A stretch of 64,000 nt of DNA from a virus (Duplodnaviria > Caudoviricetes). The translations under genes and the position numbers were made by a program. The stretch lies in IMG/VR virus record IMGVR_UViG_3300029286_001711; one strand, written 5' to 3'. Under the pieces are notes generated by a model. That model had not been told where the DNA came from and did no database searches. It was given only the letters and a program-made list of their open reading frames with translations. Positions 10,943 to 19,341 of the stretch are shown here, one piece after another (position 1 is the first letter of the stretch; the number at the start of each line of letters is the position of its first letter).

Positions 10943-10974
10943 ATTATCCCCATAATTTTCATTACAGGGATAAT
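10943..10974 (-). promoter_or_regulatory. 14-bp RNA hairpin with GAAA tetraloop between dnaB and nrdJ
   Basis: Minus strand ATTATCCCTGTAAT-GAAA-ATTATGGGGATAAT, with two G-U pairs that work only on the sense strand, followed by TTATTT. Confidence 0.55.
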
Positions 10975-10976
10975 GA

Positions 10977-12401
10977 TTAATTCTTTTCTTCTACTTTGTT
11001 TTTTTGTAAATCTTTTGCTCTTTGTATTCTAGAACGAGTTGCTGATTCTTTCTTGTCTTCTTGGCCTTTTTCATAACCTAAGAATGTTTGAGAAGTTTCA
11101 GTATCGATATAGACTTTACCGTTGTCAAACGTACAGTCTTCAAATACCACACCATCACGTCCGAAACGTGACTTTAAAACAGCTATTGTTGCTCTTCCAG
11201 ACTCTTTTTGAGGGAGTGTTCTAGCAACTGACATAATAAAATGTCCTATCTGGGCTTTCTTAATTGAACCACCCATTTGGTCTCCAGTTACAACATCTGA
11301 ACTAATTGAACTTCTGTTTCCTTGAACGGCAGTCCATCCGACTAATCCGAATTCACTTAACATAGATTCAAAAGCTCTCATAACTCCACCCTCACCAGAC
11401 CATTCATCACTATATTGCTTTACAGATTCAACACAATCAATATAATCTAAAAGGACTATATCTGGTTTAAATCCAGTTGAGATTTCATGTCTAATGAATG
11501 ATTTAATTGTGTGCATTGTTACACCTTCAGATGTAAACTTCTTGATTTTAAGGTCATTAGTTTTGTTTGAAGTAACTTCCTTATGTTTAGCTAAAACTTC
11601 TATTTTTCTTTCAGCTAAATCATTTAAATCAATTCCTGACCAACAAGCTAAATGTTTTCTTTTAATAACATCCGGCATATCTTCAAAAACAATTTGTAAA
11701 ACATTATACCCCGCATTATAAGCTGTATTAGCCATTTTGGTTAATATTGTTGTTTTACCAACTCCATACGGAGCTAACACAACACCAAGTTCACCTCTTG
11801 ATAGACCACCATCGGTTAATTGATCGATACCATTTATTCCCGTAGGAATTGGGTGTCTAAAATCTTTCTCTAATACTGCTTCAATATTTTCGGTAATAGA
11901 AGTTCCATCATCTTTCTCACCACCAACAGCGAGAGCTTCTCTTAGAATTTCAGCACAAGTTTCGTAACTATCAAACTCACCATTGTCAACAATCTTATTG
12001 ATTTTTTCATTGGCTTTTTTAAGTTCTTGTTGTCTACAAAAATTTAGTGCTTTACTCTGAATAAACTCCCAATCAGTTACATTTATATCATGAATTTCTT
12101 TCAACATTTCGAAAACGTAATCCTGAGATACTTTATCCTTAATCTCCATTTTTAAAACGGTTTCTAAGGTATCCATTGCTGGAATCTTTTCATACTTTTC
12201 GTAATAATCTTTGATTTGGGCTACAATGAGACGGAAATATTCATTATCAAAGTACTTTGCGTGTACTATATCTATAATTCTATCCGCGAATTTTTTGTTT
12301 GCTGGATGTAAAATTTGGTTAATTAGTTCGGTTTGAAACTTATAACCTAAATAACCTAGTGTAACATTTTTGCTCATTGTTTTCTTACCTTGTGTATTCA
12401 T
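10977..12401 (-). CDS. dnaB: Replicative DNA helicase, DnaB/gp41-like
   Basis: Walker A APYGVGKTT, Walker B VLLDYID, AVQGNR and KSRFG motifs. Start may be at 12377 (MSKN). Confidence 0.9.
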   Translation of the reverse strand: MNTQGKKTMSKNVTLGYLGYKFQTELINQILHPANKKFADRIIDIVHAKYFDNEYFRLIVAQIKDYYEKYEKIPAMDTLETVLKMEIKDKVSQDYVFEMLKEIHDINVTDWEFIQSKALNFCRQQELKKANEKINKIVDNGEFDSYETCAEILREALAVGGEKDDGTSITENIEAVLEKDFRHPIPTGINGIDQLTDGGLSRGELGVVLAPYGVGKTTILTKMANTAYNAGYNVLQIVFEDMPDVIKRKHLACWSGIDLNDLAERKIEVLAKHKEVTSNKTNDLKIKKFTSEGVTMHTIKSFIRHEISTGFKPDIVLLDYIDCVESVKQYSDEWSGEGGVMRAFESMLSEFGLVGWTAVQGNRSSISSDVVTGDQMGGSIKKAQIGHFIMSVARTLPQKESGRATIAVLKSRFGRDGVVFEDCTFDNGKVYIDTETSQTFLGYEKGQEDKKESATRSRIQRAKDLQKNKVEEKN

Positions 12402-12410
12402 AAATAGCTA

Positions 12411-12848
12411 TTACGATTTTGTTGTACCGTATTCCACAGATAAATTTTCTTCAGATAAAGTCTCTTGGATTCGGTAGATAATACTAGGTATTAACTCACG
12501 GATGTCAACACTATATCTAACTCTCTGCGGGTATACATTACCAGTGAAACGTTTTGTTGCTATTACTCTTTCGTCGATTCGAATTTCAAAATCAAAGATG
12601 TCTTCCTTATCATAGATAGGGGTTCTATTGATTTGTTCTTCCGTTTGTTTGTCATACGGATTAAACTGACCCCATAAATAATCAACAGCTTTGTCTTTCA
12701 ACTGCTCTTGAATCATATAGGTACATTGCTCAACACACTCTAACATATCGTAAGAGTTAGGGGACTTAGTGTTAAAATTTCTTACTGAGAAATATCTTTG
12801 GCAAATTATATTACCGTTAATTCTTAGTATAAACTCAAATTTCTTCAT
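12411..12848 (-). CDS. Hypothetical protein (145 aa)
   Basis: Clean ORF in the replication operon with an A-rich start context. Confidence 0.6.
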   Translation of the reverse strand: MKKFEFILRINGNIICQRYFSVRNFNTKSPNSYDMLECVEQCTYMIQEQLKDKAVDYLWGQFNPYDKQTEEQINRTPIYDKEDIFDFEIRIDERVIATKRFTGNVYPQRVRYSVDIRELIPSIIYRIQETLSEENLSVEYGTTKS

Positions 12849-12865
12849 GGTTTTTAATTTTTAAA

Positions 12866-13179
12866 TTAATATTTGTTTCGTTTAATATCCCTATTAGTTT
12901 TACTACAAAGGGGTTGTAGGTTTGTGTGGTGAAATAATTTCAATAATTCTTCTTCAGTATTTGCGGAAGATAATGGTACCATATGATCTATATCCCAACC
13001 GTAATTTAATTCACCGTTATATAAACCATAATTTTCCCAACTCATCCAAGGTTCCCATTTAGATTCGATATATATTTTCTAATTACTATCAATTCTTTAA
13101 CAATATCCTTGTACACTTTTTTGAAGTGTAAAACGTTTTTAGGTGTTGAATGTTCTTTATTTGGTACATTTTCATTCAT
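12866..13179 (-). pseudogene. Degenerate/split HNH endonuclease
   Basis: Frame 13078-12866 reads KIYIESKWEPWMSWENYGLYNGELNYGWDIDHMVPLSSANTEEELLKLFHHTNLQPLCSKTNRDIKRNKY (HNH core). Upstream in that frame are TAG and TAA stops. A 45-aa ORF from ATG 13179 overlaps ATG 13045 as ATGA. Confidence 0.7.
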
Positions 13180-13227
13180 AACTTATTGATTATTAATTAG
13201 GAGTACTTAGCAAGTAGTTAGGTGCAA

Positions 13228-13431
13228 TTAATCCAAATAGCACTTAATATCTGTAAATCTATATTTGTTTCCTATTACAAACTTACCATCTTTGAATACT
13301 GTATAGGTTTGGTCATTAGCATTGAAGTAAACATTAAACCCTTTGTTGCTCCCAATTAATTTAAGGTTATTAACTGCACCTAACAGCACATTGGCGTTAT
13401 TGTTTTGTTCTTCGTTTGATACTTTTGTCAT
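13228..13431 (-). CDS. Small hypothetical protein (67 aa)
   Basis: Fills the gap on the operon strand with a plausible start context. Confidence 0.55.
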   Translation of the reverse strand: MTKVSNEEQNNNANVLLGAVNNLKLIGSNKGFNVYFNANDQTYTVFKDGKFVIGNKYRFTDIKCYLD

Positions 13432-13484
13432 AATTTTAAAGTTTATCGTTTCTAATTAAATTCTGTGAAAGAATTCAAATTTTT

Positions 13485-14531
13485 TCATACTTTAGAATTT
13501 TTATAGTTTGTTTTTTCTTTTTTACTTAATTTAATAAATGGATCTAAAAAATTTACATATCCATTCTCCCCACCAGGGATTGCGTACATAACGCCATCTT
13601 CAAACATCATTTTTAAAACCGTTTTATAATCACGACCTTCAGGATTCAAGGGTAGTGTTATTAACCCCAAGACACCTTCTTTGGCTTCTTCAGTTAAAAG
13701 TGGTTGGTGTAAATCTATGATAATTTTATTAATATCATACACACCACCCTTGTGACATCCTTTAGTTTTACCTTCCAAAATAGAATCAAAAACTTTTAAT
13801 TTTTTTGATTCCTTAAGAACTTTAGTTTTCTCTAAAATTTCTTCTAGAGTTACTTTTCTTTCTTTTATTTCGGGAAAATGGGTTAATAGAGTATTCTCCG
13901 TAACACCATCAATTCCTTTAATATTATCCGTACTACATCCTTCTATAATTTTAACAATCCCGGCGTTATCATAATAGTGTTCGAAGTACCAATTATAGTT
14001 CCCAATACCTACCAATACTTTCTTATCAGCTAAGAAGATACTTACTTCATCAGTAATCATTTGACAAAGGTCTCTATCATTTGTATAAATGATGACCTCT
14101 TCAGTCTTCTTTTTATTAAGACAATAGTAGGCTAGTAAATCATCTGATTCACATTCTGGATCTTCAAATTGTCTTAGGAATAGGTCTTCAGCGTATGCTT
14201 TAACCCTTAATTTTTGGAATTCGTAATTTTGATCGAAAAATCTTGCTCTGTTACCTTTATATTCTGGGTAATAGGTAATCCTCAATGAACCACCCCTTTC
14301 ACCATCCCACATTATAATAACCTTATCAACTGATAATTCAATGATAAGTTTTCTAAGTGTTGTGTAAAACTGGAATATTCCACCAATGTGAACTTCTTTA
14401 TGGAAAACGTGCTTAGCTCCGTTAAATGAACGTTTCATCAGTACGTTTCCATCAATAAGAAGTGTTTTGGTCTTTTCTTTTTTCTTAGTTACTTTGAGTC
14501 CCATCACCCATGAAATTAAAGGGTTTAACAA
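13485..14531 (-). CDS. 5'-3' exonuclease / flap endonuclease (PolI N-terminal, T4 RNase H-like)
   Basis: LLIDGN, IMWDG, YPEYKGNR, ESDDLLA, TNDRDLCQ and DNIKGIDGV motifs. True start probably slightly downstream (MGLKVTK). Confidence 0.9.
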   Translation of the reverse strand: MLNPLISWVMGLKVTKKKEKTKTLLIDGNVLMKRSFNGAKHVFHKEVHIGGIFQFYTTLRKLIIELSVDKVIIMWDGERGGSLRITYYPEYKGNRARFFDQNYEFQKLRVKAYAEDLFLRQFEDPECESDDLLAYYCLNKKKTEEVIIYTNDRDLCQMITDEVSIFLADKKVLVGIGNYNWYFEHYYDNAGIVKIIEGCSTDNIKGIDGVTENTLLTHFPEIKERKVTLEEILEKTKVLKESKKLKVFDSILEGKTKGCHKGGVYDINKIIIDLHQPLLTEEAKEGVLGLITLPLNPEGRDYKTVLKMMFEDGVMYAIPGGENGYVNFLDPFIKLSKKEKTNYKNSKV

Positions 14532-14730
14532 TTTCTTTTCTTTCTTCTTGAAGTTCTTGTACTAAAACACCTAGGTCAACTAAAAAATTTTTATAGTCAT
14601 CACTTATACCATGACCTCTTAGGAATGATTCCACCCCATTTTGTATGGTATAATAACAACTTAACTAATCTCCATTATTATTTAGAGAGTCAAGATTTAA
14701 TTCTCTTAGTTTTTCATAGTTGATTTTCAT
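14485..14730 (-). pseudogene. 81-codon ORF interrupted by a single in-frame TAG
   Basis: MKINYEKLRELNLDSLNNNGD*LSCYYTIQNGVESFLRGHGISDDYKNFLVDLGVLVQELQEERKEIVKPFNFMGDGTQSN. TAG at 14667-14665. ATG lies 1 nt after the recA stop and the ORF fills the whole gap. Confidence 0.6.
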
Positions 14731-14731
14731 A

Positions 14732-15826
14732 TTACTCAAGTCCTTCTAGTTCTATATCTGTTTGAGATTCTTCTAACTGGAAATCTTCTCCTTCTTTGAT
14801 GTCTAAACCGTTCTTAATGAATGTGTCAGCCCAAAAACTAGAATATTCTAATTTATATTTATCTTCAGCTTCTTTTGTATCTTCAATGAAACCATGTGGT
14901 GTTACGATAACCTTACCATCTTCATACCCAATACCATTTACGTGGTTTTTAAGAATAGAGATTTTAGTACGAGAAGCGAATTTAATCTTTCTTCCGTTTT
15001 TAGTTGCCATAATTTTATTTGTACCAGCTCCTTTTTGATTACCAAATAAGAAAATTAAAGTACTGTTGAGGTATATTGCCTCTCCACCTTTCATCTTAAT
15101 TTTTGGTTGTCCCATTGGAGAATCTGGTAACTCAACCCATGGTTGATTTACGAAGACAATTGTGTTTGTGTATTTGTTTGGTTTACCATCAGCTAAAGTT
15201 TCCTTTCTTGATGATGTGATTCTACCATTTAATCCCATACCGATTTTATCAGCTAATACAGACGCGTTATGCATCTTACCACCTTTACCGTCGAATGTCA
15301 TTTTACAAGGTATTGAACCTACAGAATCCCAAAAGAAACAAATGTCATATGGAATTTCACCTTTTGCTTGTGCATCCAATACTTCATTGATATATTCGGT
15401 AATCTGTTCGATATAATCAAAATCATCACGGAATAAATAGAAACCATCCCATTCAGCTGGAGTTTTTTCCATTGTATCTAAACCCATTAGTTTAGCGTGT
15501 GGAAAACTCCATTTCTTCTCGGTAATAACAAACACAGGTAGTATACCGTTTTGTTGACACCAAATAGCACTTTTTAGTAATGCTGTTGTTTTACCTGTAT
15601 CAGAGTGACCCAAGAAAACATTTAAATGTCCGAGAGCTGGTCCAGGAACGCCTGTGGCTTTTTGGAAAGCTTCCCCTAAATCAATAAATCTATCGGCTTT
15701 ATATTTAGTTTTCGTACTAAACTTATCCTTTAGAGAATCGAGTGAGAAATCTTTTTTACCTATCGCCTTTTTTGGTTGTGTACTTATCTTAAGTTCACCA
15801 ATCGCTTTTTCTAATTTTCCTGACAT
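14732..15826 (-). CDS. recA: RecA/UvsX-like recombinase
   Basis: Walker A GHSDTGKTT, FFWDSVGS, FVNQ and KMKGGEAI motifs. Confidence 0.88.
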   Translation of the reverse strand: MSGKLEKAIGELKISTQPKKAIGKKDFSLDSLKDKFSTKTKYKADRFIDLGEAFQKATGVPGPALGHLNVFLGHSDTGKTTALLKSAIWCQQNGILPVFVITEKKWSFPHAKLMGLDTMEKTPAEWDGFYLFRDDFDYIEQITEYINEVLDAQAKGEIPYDICFFWDSVGSIPCKMTFDGKGGKMHNASVLADKIGMGLNGRITSSRKETLADGKPNKYTNTIVFVNQPWVELPDSPMGQPKIKMKGGEAIYLNSTLIFLFGNQKGAGTNKIMATKNGRKIKFASRTKISILKNHVNGIGYEDGKVIVTPHGFIEDTKEAEDKYKLEYSSFWADTFIKNGLDIKEGEDFQLEESQTDIELEGLE

Positions 15827-15835
15827 ATGTTAATA

Positions 15836-16690
15836 TTAAAATGGCATTTCATCATCTTCAGCCTCTTCTGATTCAGAAGAAGTTTCAGGTGCTTTATACG
15901 TTGCTGGTTTAGCGGCACTTGTAGTACCACTTTGTTTAGACACTTCTTCACCCTTAGCAACAAACTTCTTCAAGTTCTTATCCCAAACTGGAGATTCTCC
16001 GTTTGCAATAATTTCAAGATACTCAGCTGGGGACGCTTTGTAGATGCCTTTCCAAGTGGTAGCATCTTTCATCCAAGCCGTAGCTTTAGCTTTGTCATTA
16101 GTTAACATTGATGGATCTTCCACCATAATAGAGTTAACTTTGGTGTTGTTTTTATCACCTCTTCCTAACATAAGGACAAGGTCACGACCTTCTCTCGGGT
16201 CTGATAAATCACCTTTCTTAGTGAACAATGGAATCATTTTATCTAACTCCCCTTCACCTTTGTAATTGTTACGGAAACGCCAGATTTTGATACCATCATC
16301 TTCTTTCGAACGGTCAATTACACGAGCTAAATAAAATTTAGCCGCTTTGTAAGTCTTGGCAATTTTCTTGTCTTCCTCACTACCTGTAGCCTCTAAGGCT
16401 TTTCTTACTTCACACATTGGGCAGGTCTCACTGTCATTGTGTTCTTTACAATAAAGTTTTCTCCATTGTCCATTAACTTGCATAACATGGAAATAGCCTT
16501 CTTCAAAAGGTGAACCACCTTTTTCTTTAGCAGGCATAAGACGAATAGTGGCTTCACCATTCTTTTCTCCATCTTCTAATCTTGGGTTAAAGTACTTTGA
16601 GAAATCTTTCTCTTCGAAGGTCTTTCCACCTCCAGAAGTGTTCTTGTTTTTTTCATACTGCGACATAATCGCTCCTAAAACATCACTCAT
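15836..16690 (-). CDS. Single-stranded DNA-binding protein, T4 gp32-like
   Basis: ATIRLMP, H...C-x8-CPMC zinc site, YLARVIDR, acidic tail EDDEMPF. Adjacent to recA. Confidence 0.8.
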   Translation of the reverse strand: MSDVLGAIMSQYEKNKNTSGGGKTFEEKDFSKYFNPRLEDGEKNGEATIRLMPAKEKGGSPFEEGYFHVMQVNGQWRKLYCKEHNDSETCPMCEVRKALEATGSEEDKKIAKTYKAAKFYLARVIDRSKEDDGIKIWRFRNNYKGEGELDKMIPLFTKKGDLSDPREGRDLVLMLGRGDKNNTKVNSIMVEDPSMLTNDKAKATAWMKDATTWKGIYKASPAEYLEIIANGESPVWDKNLKKFVAKGEEVSKQSGTTSAAKPATYKAPETSSESEEAEDDEMPF

Positions 16691-16732
16691 TTTTCTTTTT
16701 TTTTAAATTGTTTAACAATAATACTTGGTTTA

Positions 16733-16761
16733 AGAATAGGTACTAATTGTTTAATTGTAAA
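16733..16761 (-). promoter_or_regulatory. Sigma70-like promoter GTTTACA-N17-TATTCT upstream of the SSB/recA operon
   Basis: Exact 17-nt spacer. Sits directly after a terminator, about 40 nt upstream of the SSB start. Confidence 0.5.
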
Positions 16762-16762
16762 C

Positions 16763-16791
16763 AAAAAAAGAGGCAATTGCCTCTTTTTTTT
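16763..16791. terminator. Bidirectional Rho-independent terminator
   Basis: AAAAAAAGAGGCAATTGCCTCTTTTTTTT perfect inverted repeat. Confidence 0.85.
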
Positions 16792-16808
16792 ATATCTTTG
16801 CGAAATTT

Positions 16809-17615
16809 TTATATTCTTTTTTTCTTCGATTTTGATTCAGGAACAAAAGATTTTTGAATATCTGTTTGATTCCAATTCTTTGTATCTTCAGGTGTTATCT
16901 TCCAAACATTAACTTGTCCATCTGGACTTTGTGCGTCAGGTTGAGAACCGTCAGTGATTTCATAATTATCTTTTAATTTTTCGTCATTCCAATAATCGGT
17001 TAACTTAACATTAAAGGGGTAACTATCTAAAGAACGTAATTCCAATTTTTCTTTTGGTTTTTGTGCTTGTAAATCTTTCTTAATTGAGGTTACTTCATTT
17101 CCTATTGTATTAATAGCTCCAAGTGATTTTTCTAACTCTTGAAATTTACTCATTAAATCTTTAATCATACTAGTACCTTCTTCAGCTGCAGATACAGCTT
17201 TCTCAGCGTAGTCTTTAGCGTCATCAGCTCTTTTTACTATATCAGTAACATCAATTTCCTCAACATCACCATCTGTTTCAATATCGTCAGCCGCACTAAA
17301 TTCGTCAGCTGTACCAAATTCGTCAGTATCTTCTTCACCTGTATCACCCTCAGCGTCACCACCAAAATCAAAGTCGGCGTTATCACCACCTTCTTCACCG
17401 GCTGTGTCACCTTTATCCCCTTCGCCACCAAAATCAAAATCTGGATTTTCTTTGTCTTCAGTGTCATCAGCATAATCCGTATATCCTGAATCAAGATATG
17501 GTTTATGGTTTCTTTCAGTTAAAGATAACTTGCCTTTTTCAACATCATAACCAAGAAGTTCTCTATATCTTTTTAGAGATTCTTGTAGTTCTTGAGGTAT
17601 TTCGTTTTTTTCCAT
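16809..17615 (-). CDS. Highly acidic hypothetical protein (about 268 aa), possible scaffold/inner-head protein
   Basis: D/E/G-rich low-complexity centre with a repeated DFDFGG motif, then a coiled coil. Start MEKN at 17615 follows the upstream stop. Confidence 0.6.
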   Translation of the reverse strand: MEKNEIPQELQESLKRYRELLGYDVEKGKLSLTERNHKPYLDSGYTDYADDTEDKENPDFDFGGEGDKGDTAGEEGGDNADFDFGGDAEGDTGEEDTDEFGTADEFSAADDIETDGDVEEIDVTDIVKRADDAKDYAEKAVSAAEEGTSMIKDLMSKFQELEKSLGAINTIGNEVTSIKKDLQAQKPKEKLELRSLDSYPFNVKLTDYWNDEKLKDNYEITDGSQPDAQSPDGQVNVWKITPEDTKNWNQTDIQKSFVPESKSKKKRI

Positions 17616-17616
17616 A

Positions 17617-17814
17617 TTATCTTTGTGTATATTCACTTAAAAGTTGTCTACCATCATTAGTGATGATTTTCTTATTTTCTCTTTTAACAATTTCTTCGGG
17701 ATTGTTGATTAAACATTCCTCACTATTACAGTTAGGATCCGTTCCTTTTAAGAAGGAATCAAGTTTAGCCTTAATATTCTTTTCGGCTTTTTCTTTATTT
17801 GTATCTCTAATCAT
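17617..17814 (-). CDS. Small hypothetical protein (65 aa)
   Basis: Preceded by the ATATTTATA motif. Confidence 0.6.
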   Translation of the reverse strand: MIRDTNKEKAEKNIKAKLDSFLKGTDPNCNSEECLINNPEEIVKRENKKIITNDGRQLLSEYTQR

Positions 17815-17827
17815 GATTGCTTTTTCT

Positions 17828-17836
17828 TATAAATAT
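17828..17836 (-). promoter_or_regulatory. Putative late promoter motif ATATTTATA
   Basis: 13 nt upstream of ATG 17814. Confidence 0.55.
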
Positions 17837-18243
17837 CAAGATTCAGATAAAAACACTCGTTCGATTGTGTTTATTTCAAGAACGTCACCTTTTAACAAGA
17901 TTATCTTATTATCAAACTTAGCCCAATCTATTTGATACTCTTTATGGTTAACATTACCCGCTAAACCACTTTCTTCCTCAATTAATTTATTCAAAGCATT
18001 AATTGTGAATATTGTATTACCCTTCTTATGTATTTGGATTGTTTTAGGCAGTTCTCTTCTAATGTCAATTTTTCTATCCGTATCGACACGAATTTTATAG
18101 GTCAATATAAAGTTACCTTCTCCTGTTTTAAAGAAGAAAACATAGTTATGTTTAATCCCGAATTTCTTTTTGATTCTTTCTAAGAACTCCTGTAATTTGT
18201 CTTCATTAACAAATGAGGCTAGAAGTAGTGTTTTTTGTTGCAT
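17836..18243 (-). CDS. Hypothetical protein (135 aa)
   Basis: Clean ORF overlapping its upstream neighbour. Confidence 0.6.
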   Translation of the reverse strand: MQQKTLLLASFVNEDKLQEFLERIKKKFGIKHNYVFFFKTGEGNFILTYKIRVDTDRKIDIRRELPKTIQIHKKGNTIFTINALNKLIEEESGLAGNVNHKEYQIDWAKFDNKIILLKGDVLEINTIERVFLSES

Positions 18244-18835
18244 CCTTAAACATCAGAAATGGTAAATATTTTATGTTTAAGTACTTAAGTTCGTTTTTGA
18301 AATTCTTCTCCTCTTCCTTCTCGAATAACATCAAATCTTCTCGCAATCTACTCAGTACTTTTTCCCTATCAAAACCTATAAAATCTAACTGTTCTAGGTC
18401 GATAGAAAAAAGACTAAAGTTGTGATAAACATATACAACTCTGTCCGAATATAAATATGCAAATCCACCCACAAGGCTTTTTAATTTTTCGATAAGTTCT
18501 TCTGTTGAATTTATTTTGAAGATGATTGGGTCGATATTAATGAACTTAATTCCCTTTATGTAATCATCGTAAGATCTTTTAATAAATTTTTTTAAATCCT
18601 CCTCAAAGACACCTCTTTTTTCTGTTGTCGCAAACGTCCAATAAAGATTATTGGTTATCTTCTTTTTAAGAATTGAGGCTTTATCAAAGTTTGTTTTAGC
18701 TAAACCCCAACCAAGAATTAGGGTTGGTAAATCGTTGTTGTCAGCTTTTAAATACTCTTCCATAGTCAATATGTTAAAATTACTGGGTATGTTAGTAATA
18801 CCCTCATTTGTCACAATATTTCCCACTATAATCAT
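18206..18835 (-). CDS. Hypothetical protein (209 aa)
   Basis: Clean ORF, divergent from the DUF6011-like gene. Confidence 0.6.
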   Translation of the reverse strand: MIIVGNIVTNEGITNIPSNFNILTMEEYLKADNNDLPTLILGWGLAKTNFDKASILKKKITNNLYWTFATTEKRGVFEEDLKKFIKRSYDDYIKGIKFINIDPIIFKINSTEELIEKLKSLVGGFAYLYSDRVVYVYHNFSLFSIDLEQLDFIGFDREKVLSRLREDLMLFEKEEEKNFKNELKYLNIKYLPFLMFKDATKNTTSSLIC

Positions 18836-18864
18836 TGCCAGTCTCGATTTATTTGTTATCTTCG
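18834..18864 (+). promoter_or_regulatory. Bacteroidota-type housekeeping promoter (TTG-N19-TATCTTCG)
   Basis: Matches the -33/-7 consensus TTG-N19-21-TAnnTTTG with one mismatch, 15 nt upstream of ATG 18880. Confidence 0.5.
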
Positions 18865-18879
18865 TATTAAATATACGAA

Positions 18880-19341
18880 ATGGAAACCAAAAAAGAAATA
18901 CACCAACTAACCGATAAAACCCTTTTAACTTTTATTTTAGCTGGTAACGCCACTTTTACTGTTACTAATGAATCAACTGGTAATCGTTTTACCTATCGTA
19001 TTCGTAAAGCTGGTTATGGTACTGCCACGTTTAAAGATACCGATGTTTTCTATGTTTCGGTTCTTACAGGTTCTGATAACACCTCTTCTTATCAATACTT
19101 AGGTACCTTCTTTAGTGGTACTAGTAAAACTTATGTTCATTCTACTAAAAGTAAAATTGGTATTTCTGCCGATAGTAATAAAGTTCTTACTTGGTTCTTT
19201 AATTATTTCGTTAAGAATACAGCCAAATACCCAACCGTTAGAGTTTATCACGCTGGTAAATGTGGTAAGTGCGGTAGAAAATTAACTACACCAGAATCAG
19301 TTGAGACTGGTTTAGGTCCTCACTGTGGTAACCGTAATTAA
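18880..19341 (+). CDS. DUF6011-like protein with C-terminal zinc ribbon
   Basis: FILAGNATFTV...RFTYRI N-terminus and CGKCGRKLTTPESVETGLGPHC C-terminus. Confidence 0.7.
   Translation: METKKEIHQLTDKTLLTFILAGNATFTVTNESTGNRFTYRIRKAGYGTATFKDTDVFYVSVLTGSDNTSSYQYLGTFFSGTSKTYVHSTKSKIGISADSNKVLTWFFNYFVKNTAKYPTVRVYHAGKCGKCGRKLTTPESVETGLGPHCGNRN

Noticed and set aside
10921-10977. Cobalamin riboswitch upstream of the B12-dependent RNR
   Set aside because: The gap is only 55 nt and AT-rich, far too small, and it lacks the conserved B12-box.
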